A DNA stretch of 64,000 bases from NCBI GenBank assembly GCA_963785725.1, contig CAWAWS010000033.1, forward strand, positions 192,001-256,000, written 5' to 3'. Below are positions 1-9,565 of this stretch, piece by piece; the first letter of the stretch is position 1, and each line of letters begins with the position of its first letter. This stretch comes from an uncultured delta proteobacterium (GTDB lineage: Bacteria; Myxococcota_A; Polyangia; Palsa-1104). Under the pieces are notes generated by a model that was not told the DNA's origin, made no database searches, and saw only the letters and a program-made list of their open reading frames with translations. Made by a program: the position numbers and the translations under genes.

Positions 1-382
1 GGCAAGAAGCCCGCGCAGCACTGAGCGGCACCTCGCGCACGCCTTCGGTTCCATCCGCAGCAAACATTCCTACCGTTGCTGACGTCGCGTGAAGCGCGGC
101 TCAGGTTCTCGTTCCAGCAGTCCTGTAGCCGCGTTCGAGCGCACACAATCGGGTGGCTGACGTCGCGTGACTGGCTCGACGACCGTTCCCGCGACGATCG
201 ATTCCGGCAGCGACGATCGATTCCGGAGGATGGTGGGCTCGGGGTAATTCCCCCCATCCGCCCTCCCTTTATCGCGTTTGCCGCGAAAAAGTTGCGGGGG
301 ACGAACGAAACGCAAGGATGTTGGGATCGAACGCCCGCCGCAACCCCTCGCGGCGAGCGTTGGCGCGAGGACGCCGCCGCGC

Positions 383-3306
383 TTACGGCGTCAGGACGTA
401 CGAGAAGATATGCAACATGCCCGAGCTGACCTGCCCCGGCAGCGTGACGCTGGCGACGGTCTTCGTCGGGTCGAGCGCCGTCGACGTGTAGAACAAGTAG
501 ACGTTCAGCGTCTGCTGTCCGCCGCCGCTCTGGTTACGCGCGGTCGTCGTGAGCGCCGTGACGTTGCCGGGCGCCTGCGTGCCGCCACCGCCGCCGAGCG
601 TCCAGTCGCTGAGCGCGAGCGTGAACGCCGCCGACGTGCCATCGGTGTACGTGATGGTGCCGGTGCCGCTGGCCGGGCCGTCTTCCGACGAGCCCGAGCC
701 AGGCGATGCTGCCGCCCTTTTGCGTCGTCGAGAACGTCAGCGTCTGCGCGTTGGCGACGATGTTGTCGAGCGTGCTGCCCGCCGGCGCCATCGGGAACGT
801 GATGCCGTTGTAGGTGAACGACGTGGCGCCGACCCCGTTGGCGGTCAACTGCTCGGCCGAGTAGCTGTAGCCGAGACCGTCGAAGTTGGCGACCGCGGGC
901 GTGGCGTTGGGGCTGATGCCGCGCGCGTTGTAGGCGGTCGACACGCTGGCGAAGCTGCCCGGACCGAACGACGGCGGCGCGTCGGCGACACCGCCGCCCC
1001 ACGTCGACGCGTTGGTGCCGAGCGTGAAGTCGAGCGTCGCGCCGGCCAGAATCGTGCTGACCGGCAGCCACAAGCTCGTCGTCGCCGCGCCGTTGAGCGT
1101 GGCGCTCTGCACGTAGTAGCTCGTCGAAGAGCCGCCGGCGGAGTTGATCTGGAACGTCTTGCCGTTACCGAGGTGCACGGCGATGCTCGGGAACGACGGG
1201 CTGGCAATGGCGACGCCGCCGACGCCCGGCACTTCCGGATAGAGGCCCATCATGAACCACACGACCAGCGACGACATGGCGCCCAAGTCGTCGTTGCCGG
1301 GCATGCCGCCGGGCATCGTCGAGAAGGCCTCGGTGAGCGCGCGGTGCACGACGTTCTGCGTGCGCCACGGCGCGCCGGCCCAGTCGTACATGAACGGCGT
1401 CGAGAAGTCGGGCTCGTTGCCGATGTAGCAATAAGCGGAGCTGCCACCGGCGTTCATCGACGTGAAGAACGTGTCGAGGCGCGGGACGACGACGCTGTTG
1501 CCGCCCATGAGCGCGAAGAGGCCGGGCAGATCTTGCGGCGCATACCACGTGTACTGCTCGGCGCTGGCCTCGGTGAAGCCGGCGTTGAACCCTTGCGCCG
1601 GCCCGAGCGGCGTCGGCCACGAGCCGTCGGCGTTGCGCGGCTCGATCGACGGATTCGGCGTCGCCGCCTGGTCGAGCTCGTTGCGCCAGTAAGTCGAGCG
1701 CGCGCCGGCGATGCGCGCCAGATCGGGGTCGCCGTTGGCGGCCGCGAAGCGCGCGACCGCGGCGTCACGCGCGCCGTATTCGAGCGCGTCGGACGCCGAC
1801 CACGTCGGCGCCGCCGGATAGCCGCGACCGATGTAATCGGACAGCGCCGGCAGCTCGGTCGCGCCGTGGCAGTTCGCGCCCGTGTTGGTCGTCATGTTGT
1901 GCATGACCGAGACGGCGGTGGCGGTGTCGAAGTTGGTGGCGCCGAAGGCCCAGCTGTTGGCGACGATGAGCGAGCCCGGATCGCCGGCCATGACGTTGTC
2001 TTCGACGTTGTTCTGCGACCACTTGGGATAGGCGCCGCACTGCGTGGCGTCGTTGACGAGCGACTGCACGACGTCGCTCCAAATGTCGGGGAAGAGCAGC
2101 GCCGCCAGCTGAACCTGGCTGCGATAGATGTCCCAGCCCGAGAAGTTCGAATACTGCGCCACGTGCGGCGCGGCGACGGAGTGCTGCACGCCTTCGAAGC
2201 CCATGTAGTCGCCGGTGACGTCGCTGTAGACGTTCGGATGCAGCAGCGAGTGATAGAGCGCCGTGTAGAACTTGGTCGTGTCGTCGCCCGTGCCGCCGGT
2301 CGCTTGGATGGCGTTGAGCCGCGTGTTCCAGGCCGTCTTGGCCGCAGCGTGAATGCCGTCGAAGTCGAAGGCGGGGTTCTCGGCCGTGAGGTTGGCCTTC
2401 GAGTTCGTCTGATTGGTGTACGAGATGCCGATCTTGACGTTGACCACTTGCGTCGTCGAGGCGTCGAAGCCGAGGGTCGCCTTGCCGGCGGCGAGGGTCG
2501 ACGTCTTCCACGGCCGATCGAACGTGATCGTGTAATAGAGGGGGAACGTGCCGCCGCCACAGAACTTGCCGCCGAGCGTGTAGCCGCTCAAGCCGTCGTT
2601 GGTGGCGGCCGGCGGTCATCGCGAGCGCCGTGATGCCGCTCTGCGTCTGCGAGCGCGACGTGTCGAGCACGATGGTCGCGTTGCTGTTGGGCGGGAACGT
2701 GATGCGGGCCATGCCCGTGCGCGCCGTCGCCGTCAGCTCGACCTGCACGTTGGCGTCGGACGTGGCCGAGTAGTAGCCGGGCGACGCCTTCTCTTGCGCG
2801 TGCGAGAAGTTGAACGTGGTGGCCGTCGGATCGACGAGCGCGAGCAGCGGCAGGTCGCCGCCGTTGGCGCAGCCGGCGCCGCTGAAGTGGGTCAGGCTGA
2901 AGCCGGAGATCGTCGTCGCCGCGTAGGCGTAGCCGGACGGGCTGGCGCCGGGCGTGTCGGGGCTGAACGCGACCATGCCCCAGGGAACGGTCGCGCCCGG
3001 GAAGTCGTCGCCCGCCGCGCCACCGCCGACGGGATTGACGACGTTGGGCGCGTTGTCGGTGCCGATGAACGGGTTGACGAACTGCGTGACGTCGGGGAGC
3101 ACCGGGCCGGTCATGTCGGCGCCGGCCAAGTCGCCGCTCGCCACGCTGCCGTCGCTGGGCACGGTCATGTCGGCGCCGGTGATCGCTAGGTCACCGTTGC
3201 TGCCGCTCATGTCGGTGCCTGGGGTGATGGTGCTCGGACCGCAACCGACGGCGGCCATGACGACGGGAAAAAGCCAAGTAAGGGACGACGACGATCGCGA
3301 TTTCAT
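383..3306 (-). CDS. GH92 alpha-1,2-mannosidase family lipoprotein, split by two frameshifts (near 2610 and near 690)
   Basis: Lipobox AAVGC. GH92 N-terminal motifs (VNPFIGT, PGATVPWGMV, GFSLTHFSGAGC) in ORF 1765..3306. Catalytic part (FYTALYH, FSGWDIYR, GNEP, GNDDLGAMSS) in ORF 534..2591. The C-terminus continues in another frame to LHIFSYVLTP and a TAA at 383-385. Confidence 0.85.
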
Positions 3307-3441
3307 GCATGCGCCTCGCGTAGCGCGGGAACCGCGGCAAAAGCTCCGACAAGATCGCGTAATCGCGCGAGTTACTATCGGCTACCTCGCCCCGGTGAGC
3401 CCGCGAGCCTCCGTTCTTACACGCCGCTGTACTGGGCCCTT

Positions 3442-3478
3442 ATCATCTTGCGTGATACCGCTCATTCACAGCGTCAAT
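3442..3478. promoter_or_regulatory. Tandem LysR-type (nod-box-like) binding site
   Basis: ATC-N9-GAT-N7-ATT-N9-AAT (atcatcttgcgtgat accgctc attcacagcgtcaat), between a NodD/MexT-like LysR gene and the GH92 start. Confidence 0.55.
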
Positions 3479-3606
3479 AGTAGTGCCGACGTCGTCGACG
3501 CTGAGGCGCGAAGTCGGGTACGCGGCGCCCCAGTCGCGCGGCGTAACGAAATGTAGGGAAGAATCATCGCGCGGCCGATCGCGGCGCGTCGGCGACCACG
3601 AGACGG

Positions 3607-4542
3607 TCAGCCGGCGCGTTCGTGGTCGAGCGCGGCGGCGAGCTCGATGACCTGGCGGCGCAGCCAGCGGTGGCCGTCGTCGTCGTGGACGCGGCTGTGC
3701 CAGAAGGCGCCGATGGTGACGCCGTGGTCGCCGAACGGCAGCGGCCGCCGCACCAACGGCAACAGCTCGACGAGCGGCTGCGCGATGCGATTGGCGAGCG
3801 TGAAGCAGAAGTCGCCCTGCATGATGACGTAGGGCGCGATGAGGAAGTTGGGCACCGTGAGGACGATGCGGCGCTCGTGGCCCATCTTCGCCAAGAGCTC
3901 GTCGGCCAATCCGACCGTGCCGACGGGCAGCGCCTCGATGTGCTCGAGCTGCAGGTAGCGCTTCAAGCCCAGCGTGCCGGCGGCGAACGGGTGGCCGGCT
4001 CGCAGGATGCACACCAGGTGATCGCGGAAGATCCAGCGCCGATGCAGACCGCGCGGCACGTCGCGGACGCGCGTGCCGCCGAGCACGAGGTCGACCGAGC
4101 CCGACTCGAGCGCGCTCCACGGAAATTCGCGCATCGGCGGGACGATGTGCAGCACGACGTCGGCGGCCTGCGCGCGCACGCGATTGACGAGCGCGCTCAA
4201 GAGCACGAACTGCACGTAGTCGGTGGCCGCGATGACGAACGTGCGCCGCGCCGTCTGCGGGTCGAACACGCCGCCGCCGGCCACCGCTTTGCCGACGCGA
4301 TCGAGCGCCTCGCCGACGTCGCGCTGCAGCGCCAAGGCGCGCGACGTCGGCACCATTCCCGTCGCCGCCCGCACGAGCAGCGGATCGCCGAGCGCCTGCC
4401 GCAGGCGCGACAGCGCGTTGGAGACGGCCGATTGGCTGAGGCCGAGCCGCTTGGCCGCGCGGGTGACGTTGCGCTCGGCGAGGAGCACGTCGAACACGAC
4501 CAGCAGGTTCAGGTCGAACCCGGACAGGCGCGTCGAGTCCAT
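3607..4542 (-). CDS. LysR-family transcriptional regulator (NodD/MexT-like)
   Basis: DLNLLVVFDVLLAERNVTRAAKRLGLSQSAVSNALSRLR HTH plus substrate-binding domain, 311 aa. Confidence 0.95.
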   Translation of the reverse strand: MDSTRLSGFDLNLLVVFDVLLAERNVTRAAKRLGLSQSAVSNALSRLRQALGDPLLVRAATGMVPTSRALALQRDVGEALDRVGKAVAGGGVFDPQTARRTFVIAATDYVQFVLLSALVNRVRAQAADVVLHIVPPMREFPWSALESGSVDLVLGGTRVRDVPRGLHRRWIFRDHLVCILRAGHPFAAGTLGLKRYLQLEHIEALPVGTVGLADELLAKMGHERRIVLTVPNFLIAPYVIMQGDFCFTLANRIAQPLVELLPLVRRPLPFGDHGVTIGAFWHSRVHDDDGHRWLRRQVIELAAALDHERAG

Positions 4543-4611
4543 GGCCTGCGATTGTCGCGCAGCTAGGCCGCGCGGCTCAAGGATCTTCGAAAGAGATCGT
4601 TACGTTATCGT

Positions 4612-6421
4612 TTACTGCAGCGGCGCGCAGGTGGAGACGCCGGCGCCGACGATGAAGCGGCCGTCGTGCGCGATCGTCGTCGAGAACAGCTTCGGGTTGT
4701 TGCGCGACACTTGGTAGATCGTGTCACCGACGAAGATGTAGAAGTAGCCGCCCCAGAACTTCATGGCCCAGCTCATGGTGCCGCTCAGCGCCGGATAGGT
4801 GAACGTCTGCAGGATGGCGCCGTTGGCCGGGCTGAGCTGGTACAGCGTGGCCAAGTTCGTCGGCGACTCGAAGTCGGGCACGAAGCCCCACAGCGTGCCG
4901 TCGCCGAGGCCGGAGAGCTCGGGCAGGCCGGGCACGGTGCCGACCGGCGACACGGTCAGCGACGGGAACGCGACCGTGGCCAGCGTCGACGACGAGATTC
5001 TGCGTCGTGCCGCCGCCGGCGATGTAGAGCGTGTCGTTGCCGTTCGTCGGATCGAAGACGAAGCCCATGCCGAAGACGATGAGACCGTCCTGGCCGACCT
5101 GGAAGCTCGTCGGCGTGCAGGCGCCGGTCGTGGTGTCGACGGTGAACATCTGGCCGTCGGTGTAGGCGACCCAGGCGACGGCGTTCTGGTCGACGGCCAT
5201 CGAGTTCGGATTCGACGCGTCCGGGCACTGCAGCTGCGCGATGTCGGTGAACGTCAACGTCGCCGGATCGAAGCGCGAGAAGAGGCCGCCTTGGTCGACC
5301 GTGTAGATCCACTGGCTGGCCTCGACGCAGACCGTGTTGACGTAGGCCGAGAGCGGCACGACGGCGTTGGGCATGCGCGAGTTGCCGGTCTTGAAGTCGA
5401 GCGTGCCCGTCTTCAGATGCGGCGGCGCGCTGTCGGACGCGGTGAACGTCACGGGAATCGCCGCCGTGCCGCCGACGTCGACCACGAACGTCGTCGTCTG
5501 GCCCGAGCTGAGCGTGAACCCCGGGTCGGTGCCGGCGCCGAGCGTGACGCCGGTGACGACGCAGGCGTCGGTGCCGTCGTTGCCGAGCGTGACCGGCGCC
5601 GTCTGCGACGTGTTCAGGATGACGTTGCCGAAGTCGAGGCTGGGCGGCGTGATCGTCAAGTTGCAGCCGACGTCGATGTCGGCCGACAGCGGCACGGCGA
5701 CGTCGGCCTGCGTCGTGTCGCTGCTCTGGAAGTCGAGCGTGCCGGTGCGATGATGCGGGGGCTGCACATCGGTGGGCGCGAAGTCGACCTCGAGCGGCGC
5801 CGAGTCGCCCGGATCGAGGTCGAACAGCGTCGCCTGGCCGGGCGTAATCTTGAATTCGGCGTCGCTGCCGGTGCCGATGACGATGTCGTCGAGCTCGCAG
5901 GGGCCGATGCCGATGTCCTTGACGATGACGGTGCGCGTGACGGTGCTGCCGAGCGGCACCGTGCCGAAGTCGACGGCGCTGGGCGCGACCGAGATCGTGC
6001 ACGTGCTCTTGATGCTGGCGGTGAGCGCCACCGACGCCGTCGCCGACGTGATGTCGTTGCTGTCGATGGTGAGCGCGCCTTTGCGCGCCAGCGGCAGCAC
6101 TTTGGCCGGCGGCGTGAAGCTCACCGCCAGCGTCGCCGACGCGTTGGGCCCGATGCTGGTGCTCGACGCGCTGGCGAGGCTGAAGCCGGGATTGCTCGTC
6201 GCGGCGATGACGATCGGTCGCAGGTCGCACATGCCGCTGCCGCTGTTGAACGCCGTCACGCTCTGCGTCACGGTGGCGCCGGGCAGCACCTCGCCGAAAT
6301 CGAGCGCGTTCGTCGACAAGCCGAGCACGCAATCGGCCGGAAGCAGGCTCGAGCGCCCGCAGCCAATGAGCGCCGAGGACAGGGTCGCCAGCAACGCCAG
6401 CCGGCCGATTCGCGAGTTCAT
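4612..6421 (-). CDS. Lipoprotein with three Ig-like (ASPM-SPD-2-Hydin / choice-of-anchor D) repeats and a C-terminal beta-propeller-like domain; one frameshift near 4995
   Basis: Lipobox ALIGC. Three repeats of the pattern [LV]DFG.V ... V.F.P ... G.L. ORF 4724..6421 loses sense after GGGTTQN and continues in the 4612..4953 frame (PELSGLGDGTLWGF, AMKFWGGYFYIF). Confidence 0.7.
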
Positions 6422-6526
6422 GGACGGCTGCTCCGCAAGTTCGTGGCCTTACACTAAGCCTGCACTAGGACTTCGACAGCCGTTTTACCACGAGCCGTCC
6501 ACGTTTCCTGCGCCCGAGATCACTAT

Positions 6527-6826
6527 ATGATTTCGGCCTTGCCGACAAACACTGCTCCGCGGAGCCTGCCGCGCTCCGCCACCGCTGCCCGCGCCGGCGC
6601 TCGCACGCGCGTTCTCGTCGCTGCCGTGGCCGCGACCGGCCTCTTGGCCTGCGCCGGCTGTGCCGGCGAGCTGGTGCAGCGGCCGCCCGCCGCCGACCCG
6701 ACGGCCGCCGCCGCTGCCGAAGCGCCGTTCACGCCGCCGCCCGTGCGCGCCGACGACCCCGTCTTGACGCCGGCCAAGCGACCGCCAACGCCTACGGCCA
6801 CGAAGCCCAGCGACGAGAGGCCATGA
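6527..6826 (+). CDS. Small Pro-rich putative lipoprotein of the copper operon
   Basis: Hydrophobic stretch then LLACAGC; ATGA overlap with the downstream TolC-like gene. Confidence 0.55.
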   Translation: MISALPTNTAPRSLPRSATAARAGARTRVLVAAVAATGLLACAGCAGELVQRPPAADPTAAAAAEAPFTPPPVRADDPVLTPAKRPPTPTATKPSDERP

Positions 6827-8199
6827 GCCGCGCCGCTTTCGTCCTCACGCTCGCGGCCGCGCTCGGCGGCTGCTCGGTGCCGCGCCAAGCCGGGTTCGAC
6901 GACGTCGCGCACAAGCTCGCCGGCCGCAGCGACTATCGCGTGCATTGGAAGACCGGCGGCGACGAAGATCGCGCCATCGCCGACGAGACGCGCCGCCTCC
7001 TGTCGCGCCCGCTGACGCTGGAAAGTGCGACACAAATCGCGCTCTTCGGTAACCCGGAGCTGCAGGCGACCTATGAGCGCCTGGGCGTCGCGCAGGCCGA
7101 CGTCGTGCAAGCCGGCCTGTTGCGCAACCCGCATATTTCGCTGCATTACGGCTTCAACGTCTTCGGCGGCGGGGTCGACGAGCTGCTCGGCTCGGTGACG
7201 GGCATGTTTCTCGACCTGTTCCTGATGCCGCTCAAGAAGAAGCTGGCGCTGGCTGAGCTGGCGCGCGTGCAGCTCGAGGTCGGCGACGCGGTGCTGCAAA
7301 AGGCGCATCAAGTGGCCCAGGCATTTTACGCCGTGCAGGCGGCGACGCAGCTCGTCGCCATGCGCCACACGCTGCTCGACGCGCAACAGGCCGCGGCCGA
7401 GCTGGCGCTGCGGCAGCACGAAGCCGGCACCGCGAGCGACCTCGAGCTCGCCGGCGAGCAGGCGGCGTACGTGCAAGCGCGCATCGACCTCGGCCGCGCC
7501 GACGCCGAGCGGCTGGGCGAGCGCGAGAAGCTGACGCGCCTCCTCGGCGTGTGGGGCGCGGACGTCGACTATCGCGTGGCGCCGTCGCTGCCGGAGCTGC
7601 CGGCGAGCGAGCCGGCGCTGGCGCACCTCGAGCGCATCGCCATCGAGCATCGCCTCGATTTGGCGGCCGCAAAAGCGGAGTTGGCGACCGCTTCGACGGC
7701 GCTGCAGCTGGAGAAAGGGACGCGCGCCATCGGCGGCCTCGACCTCGGCGTCAACGCACACCGCGATCCCGATGGGCCGGTCACCGTCGGGCCGACGCTC
7801 GATCTGGAGCTCCCGATCTTCGACCAGAAGCAGGCGGAGATGGCGCGGCTGCGGGCCTCGTTGCGCGCGGCGCAAGATCGCGCCGACACGATTGCGTTGA
7901 CCGTCAGGTCCGAAGTGCGCGACGCGCGCAATCGTCTCTTGGCCACGCGCGCGGCCATCGAAGATTATCGGCGCGCGTTATTGCCGCTGCGCGAGAAGAT
8001 CGTGGCGCTGTCGCAAGAGCAATACAACGCGATGTTATTGGGCGTCTATCAGCTCATTTCGGCCAAACAGAGCGAGACCAATACCTATCGCGAATATATC
8101 GAGATGGTGCGCGATTATTGGATCGCGCGCGCCGACCTCGAATATGCGATCGGTACGCGGCTGGCGAATATCGGTAGCGACAAAGGAGAACAGCCATGA
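6823..8199 (+). CDS. TolC-family outer membrane protein (copper-resistance associated)
   Basis: Lipobox LGGC, AQADVVQAGLLRNP, LELPIFD, YNAMLLGVYQL; ATGA overlap with the oxidase gene. Confidence 0.88.
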   Translation: MSRAAFVLTLAAALGGCSVPRQAGFDDVAHKLAGRSDYRVHWKTGGDEDRAIADETRRLLSRPLTLESATQIALFGNPELQATYERLGVAQADVVQAGLLRNPHISLHYGFNVFGGGVDELLGSVTGMFLDLFLMPLKKKLALAELARVQLEVGDAVLQKAHQVAQAFYAVQAATQLVAMRHTLLDAQQAAAELALRQHEAGTASDLELAGEQAAYVQARIDLGRADAERLGEREKLTRLLGVWGADVDYRVAPSLPELPASEPALAHLERIAIEHRLDLAAAKAELATASTALQLEKGTRAIGGLDLGVNAHRDPDGPVTVGPTLDLELPIFDQKQAEMARLRASLRAAQDRADTIALTVRSEVRDARNRLLATRAAIEDYRRALLPLREKIVALSQEQYNAMLLGVYQLISAKQSETNTYREYIEMVRDYWIARADLEYAIGTRLANIGSDKGEQP

Positions 8200-9440
8200 G
8201 CCTCAGCCGTCGCGAGCTCTTGTTGTCGAGCGCGCTCTTGGCCGGCGCCGTCGCCAAAAAAGCGGAAGCGGCGACGGTGAATCGCGCCTGGACGCCCGAT
8301 GAAGCGGCGACCCACGCGCAGCATTACACCCCCGTCGTGACGCCCGATGGCGCGACCTTGCCGTGGAAGATGGTCAATGGCGTCAAAGAATTTCATTTGA
8401 TCGCCGAGCCGGTGGAGCGTGAGTTCGCGCCCGGAATGACCATTCACTGCTGGGGTTATAACGGGATGACGCCGGGCCCGACGATCGAAGCGGTGGAAGG
8501 CGACCGCGTGCGCATCTTGGTGACCAATCGTTTACCGGAGAATACGTCGGTGCATTGGCACGGCGTCATATTACCGAACGGAATGGACGGGGTTTCGGGG
8601 CTGAATCAACCGCATATCAAGCCTGGTGAAACCTACGCCTATGAATTCACGCTCAAGCAACACGGCACGCAGCTCTATCATCCGCACTCCGACGAAATGG
8701 TGCAGATGGCCATGGGAATGGAGGGATTTTTCGTCATTCACCCCAAGAATGCGCCGCGCATCGATCGTGATTTCGCGATATTTCTGCAGGAATGGTTCGT
8801 GGCGCCGGGGACCTATACGCCGAACGCCTCGGTCATGACCGACTTCAACTTGTTTACATTCAATAGCCGAATATTTCCGGGCACGGCGCCGCTGGTCGTC
8901 CGGCAAGGGCAGCGCGTGCGGATTCGTTGGGCCAACCTGAGCATGGATAGTCATCCCGTTCATATTCACGGCCATTCATTCAAGATCGTCGGCACCGACG
9001 GCGGCGCCATTCCGCCGTCGGCGCAATGGCCGGCGACGACAGTGAACGTGCCGCCGGGGACGACGCGCGACATCGAGTTCATCGCCGACAATCCCGGCGA
9101 TTGGGCGCTGCATTGCCATAAGAATCATCACACGATGAATCAAATGTCGCACGACGTGCCCAATATGATGGGCGTCGAGCAGCGCGCGGTGGAAGAGAAG
9201 ATGCGCCGCCTATTGCCGGGATATATGGCGATGGGAACGACCGGAATGGGCGATATGAGTGAAATGAATATGGGTGGTCCGAAGAATTGGGTGCCGATGA
9301 TGACCGGCGAAGGCAAGTTCGGGCCGATGCAAATGGGCGGCATGTTCACGATCGTCAAAGTGCGCGCGAATATCGGCAGCTACGAAGATCCGGGGTGGTA
9401 CGAAGCGCCGAAAGGAACGCGCGCCTACAAGGTCGAATAG
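8196..9440 (+). CDS. Tat-exported multicopper oxidase
   Basis: Tat motif SRRELL. Copper motifs HWHG, YHPH, HPVHIHGH, HCHKNHH. Met-rich C-terminus. Confidence 0.93.
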   Translation: MSLSRRELLLSSALLAGAVAKKAEAATVNRAWTPDEAATHAQHYTPVVTPDGATLPWKMVNGVKEFHLIAEPVEREFAPGMTIHCWGYNGMTPGPTIEAVEGDRVRILVTNRLPENTSVHWHGVILPNGMDGVSGLNQPHIKPGETYAYEFTLKQHGTQLYHPHSDEMVQMAMGMEGFFVIHPKNAPRIDRDFAIFLQEWFVAPGTYTPNASVMTDFNLFTFNSRIFPGTAPLVVRQGQRVRIRWANLSMDSHPVHIHGHSFKIVGTDGGAIPPSAQWPATTVNVPPGTTRDIEFIADNPGDWALHCHKNHHTMNQMSHDVPNMMGVEQRAVEEKMRRLLPGYMAMGTTGMGDMSEMNMGGPKNWVPMMTGEGKFGPMQMGGMFTIVKVRANIGSYEDPGWYEAPKGTRAYKVE

Positions 9441-9565
9441 CGCGGCGACCTATTCACGCGAGGGCGCTGCGAGCCCCAGCTGTCTCCACGACGAAACAGA
9501 AATGATAGGGAGCGCGCGCGTAAACAGGCGGGAACGCACGTCGTGACGCTTGGAACGGCGCGTGC

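Noticed and set aside
549..2633. Long antisense or alternate-frame ORFs (also 49778..52405, 56480..59098, 40738..42384 and many others)
   Set aside because: Arg/Ala-rich shadow frames of real high-GC genes with no recognisable motifs.
383..6421. Programmed ribosomal frameshifting in GH92 and the Ig-repeat lipoprotein
   Set aside because: No slippery heptamers are seen at the breaks, and sequencing indels are the simpler explanation.
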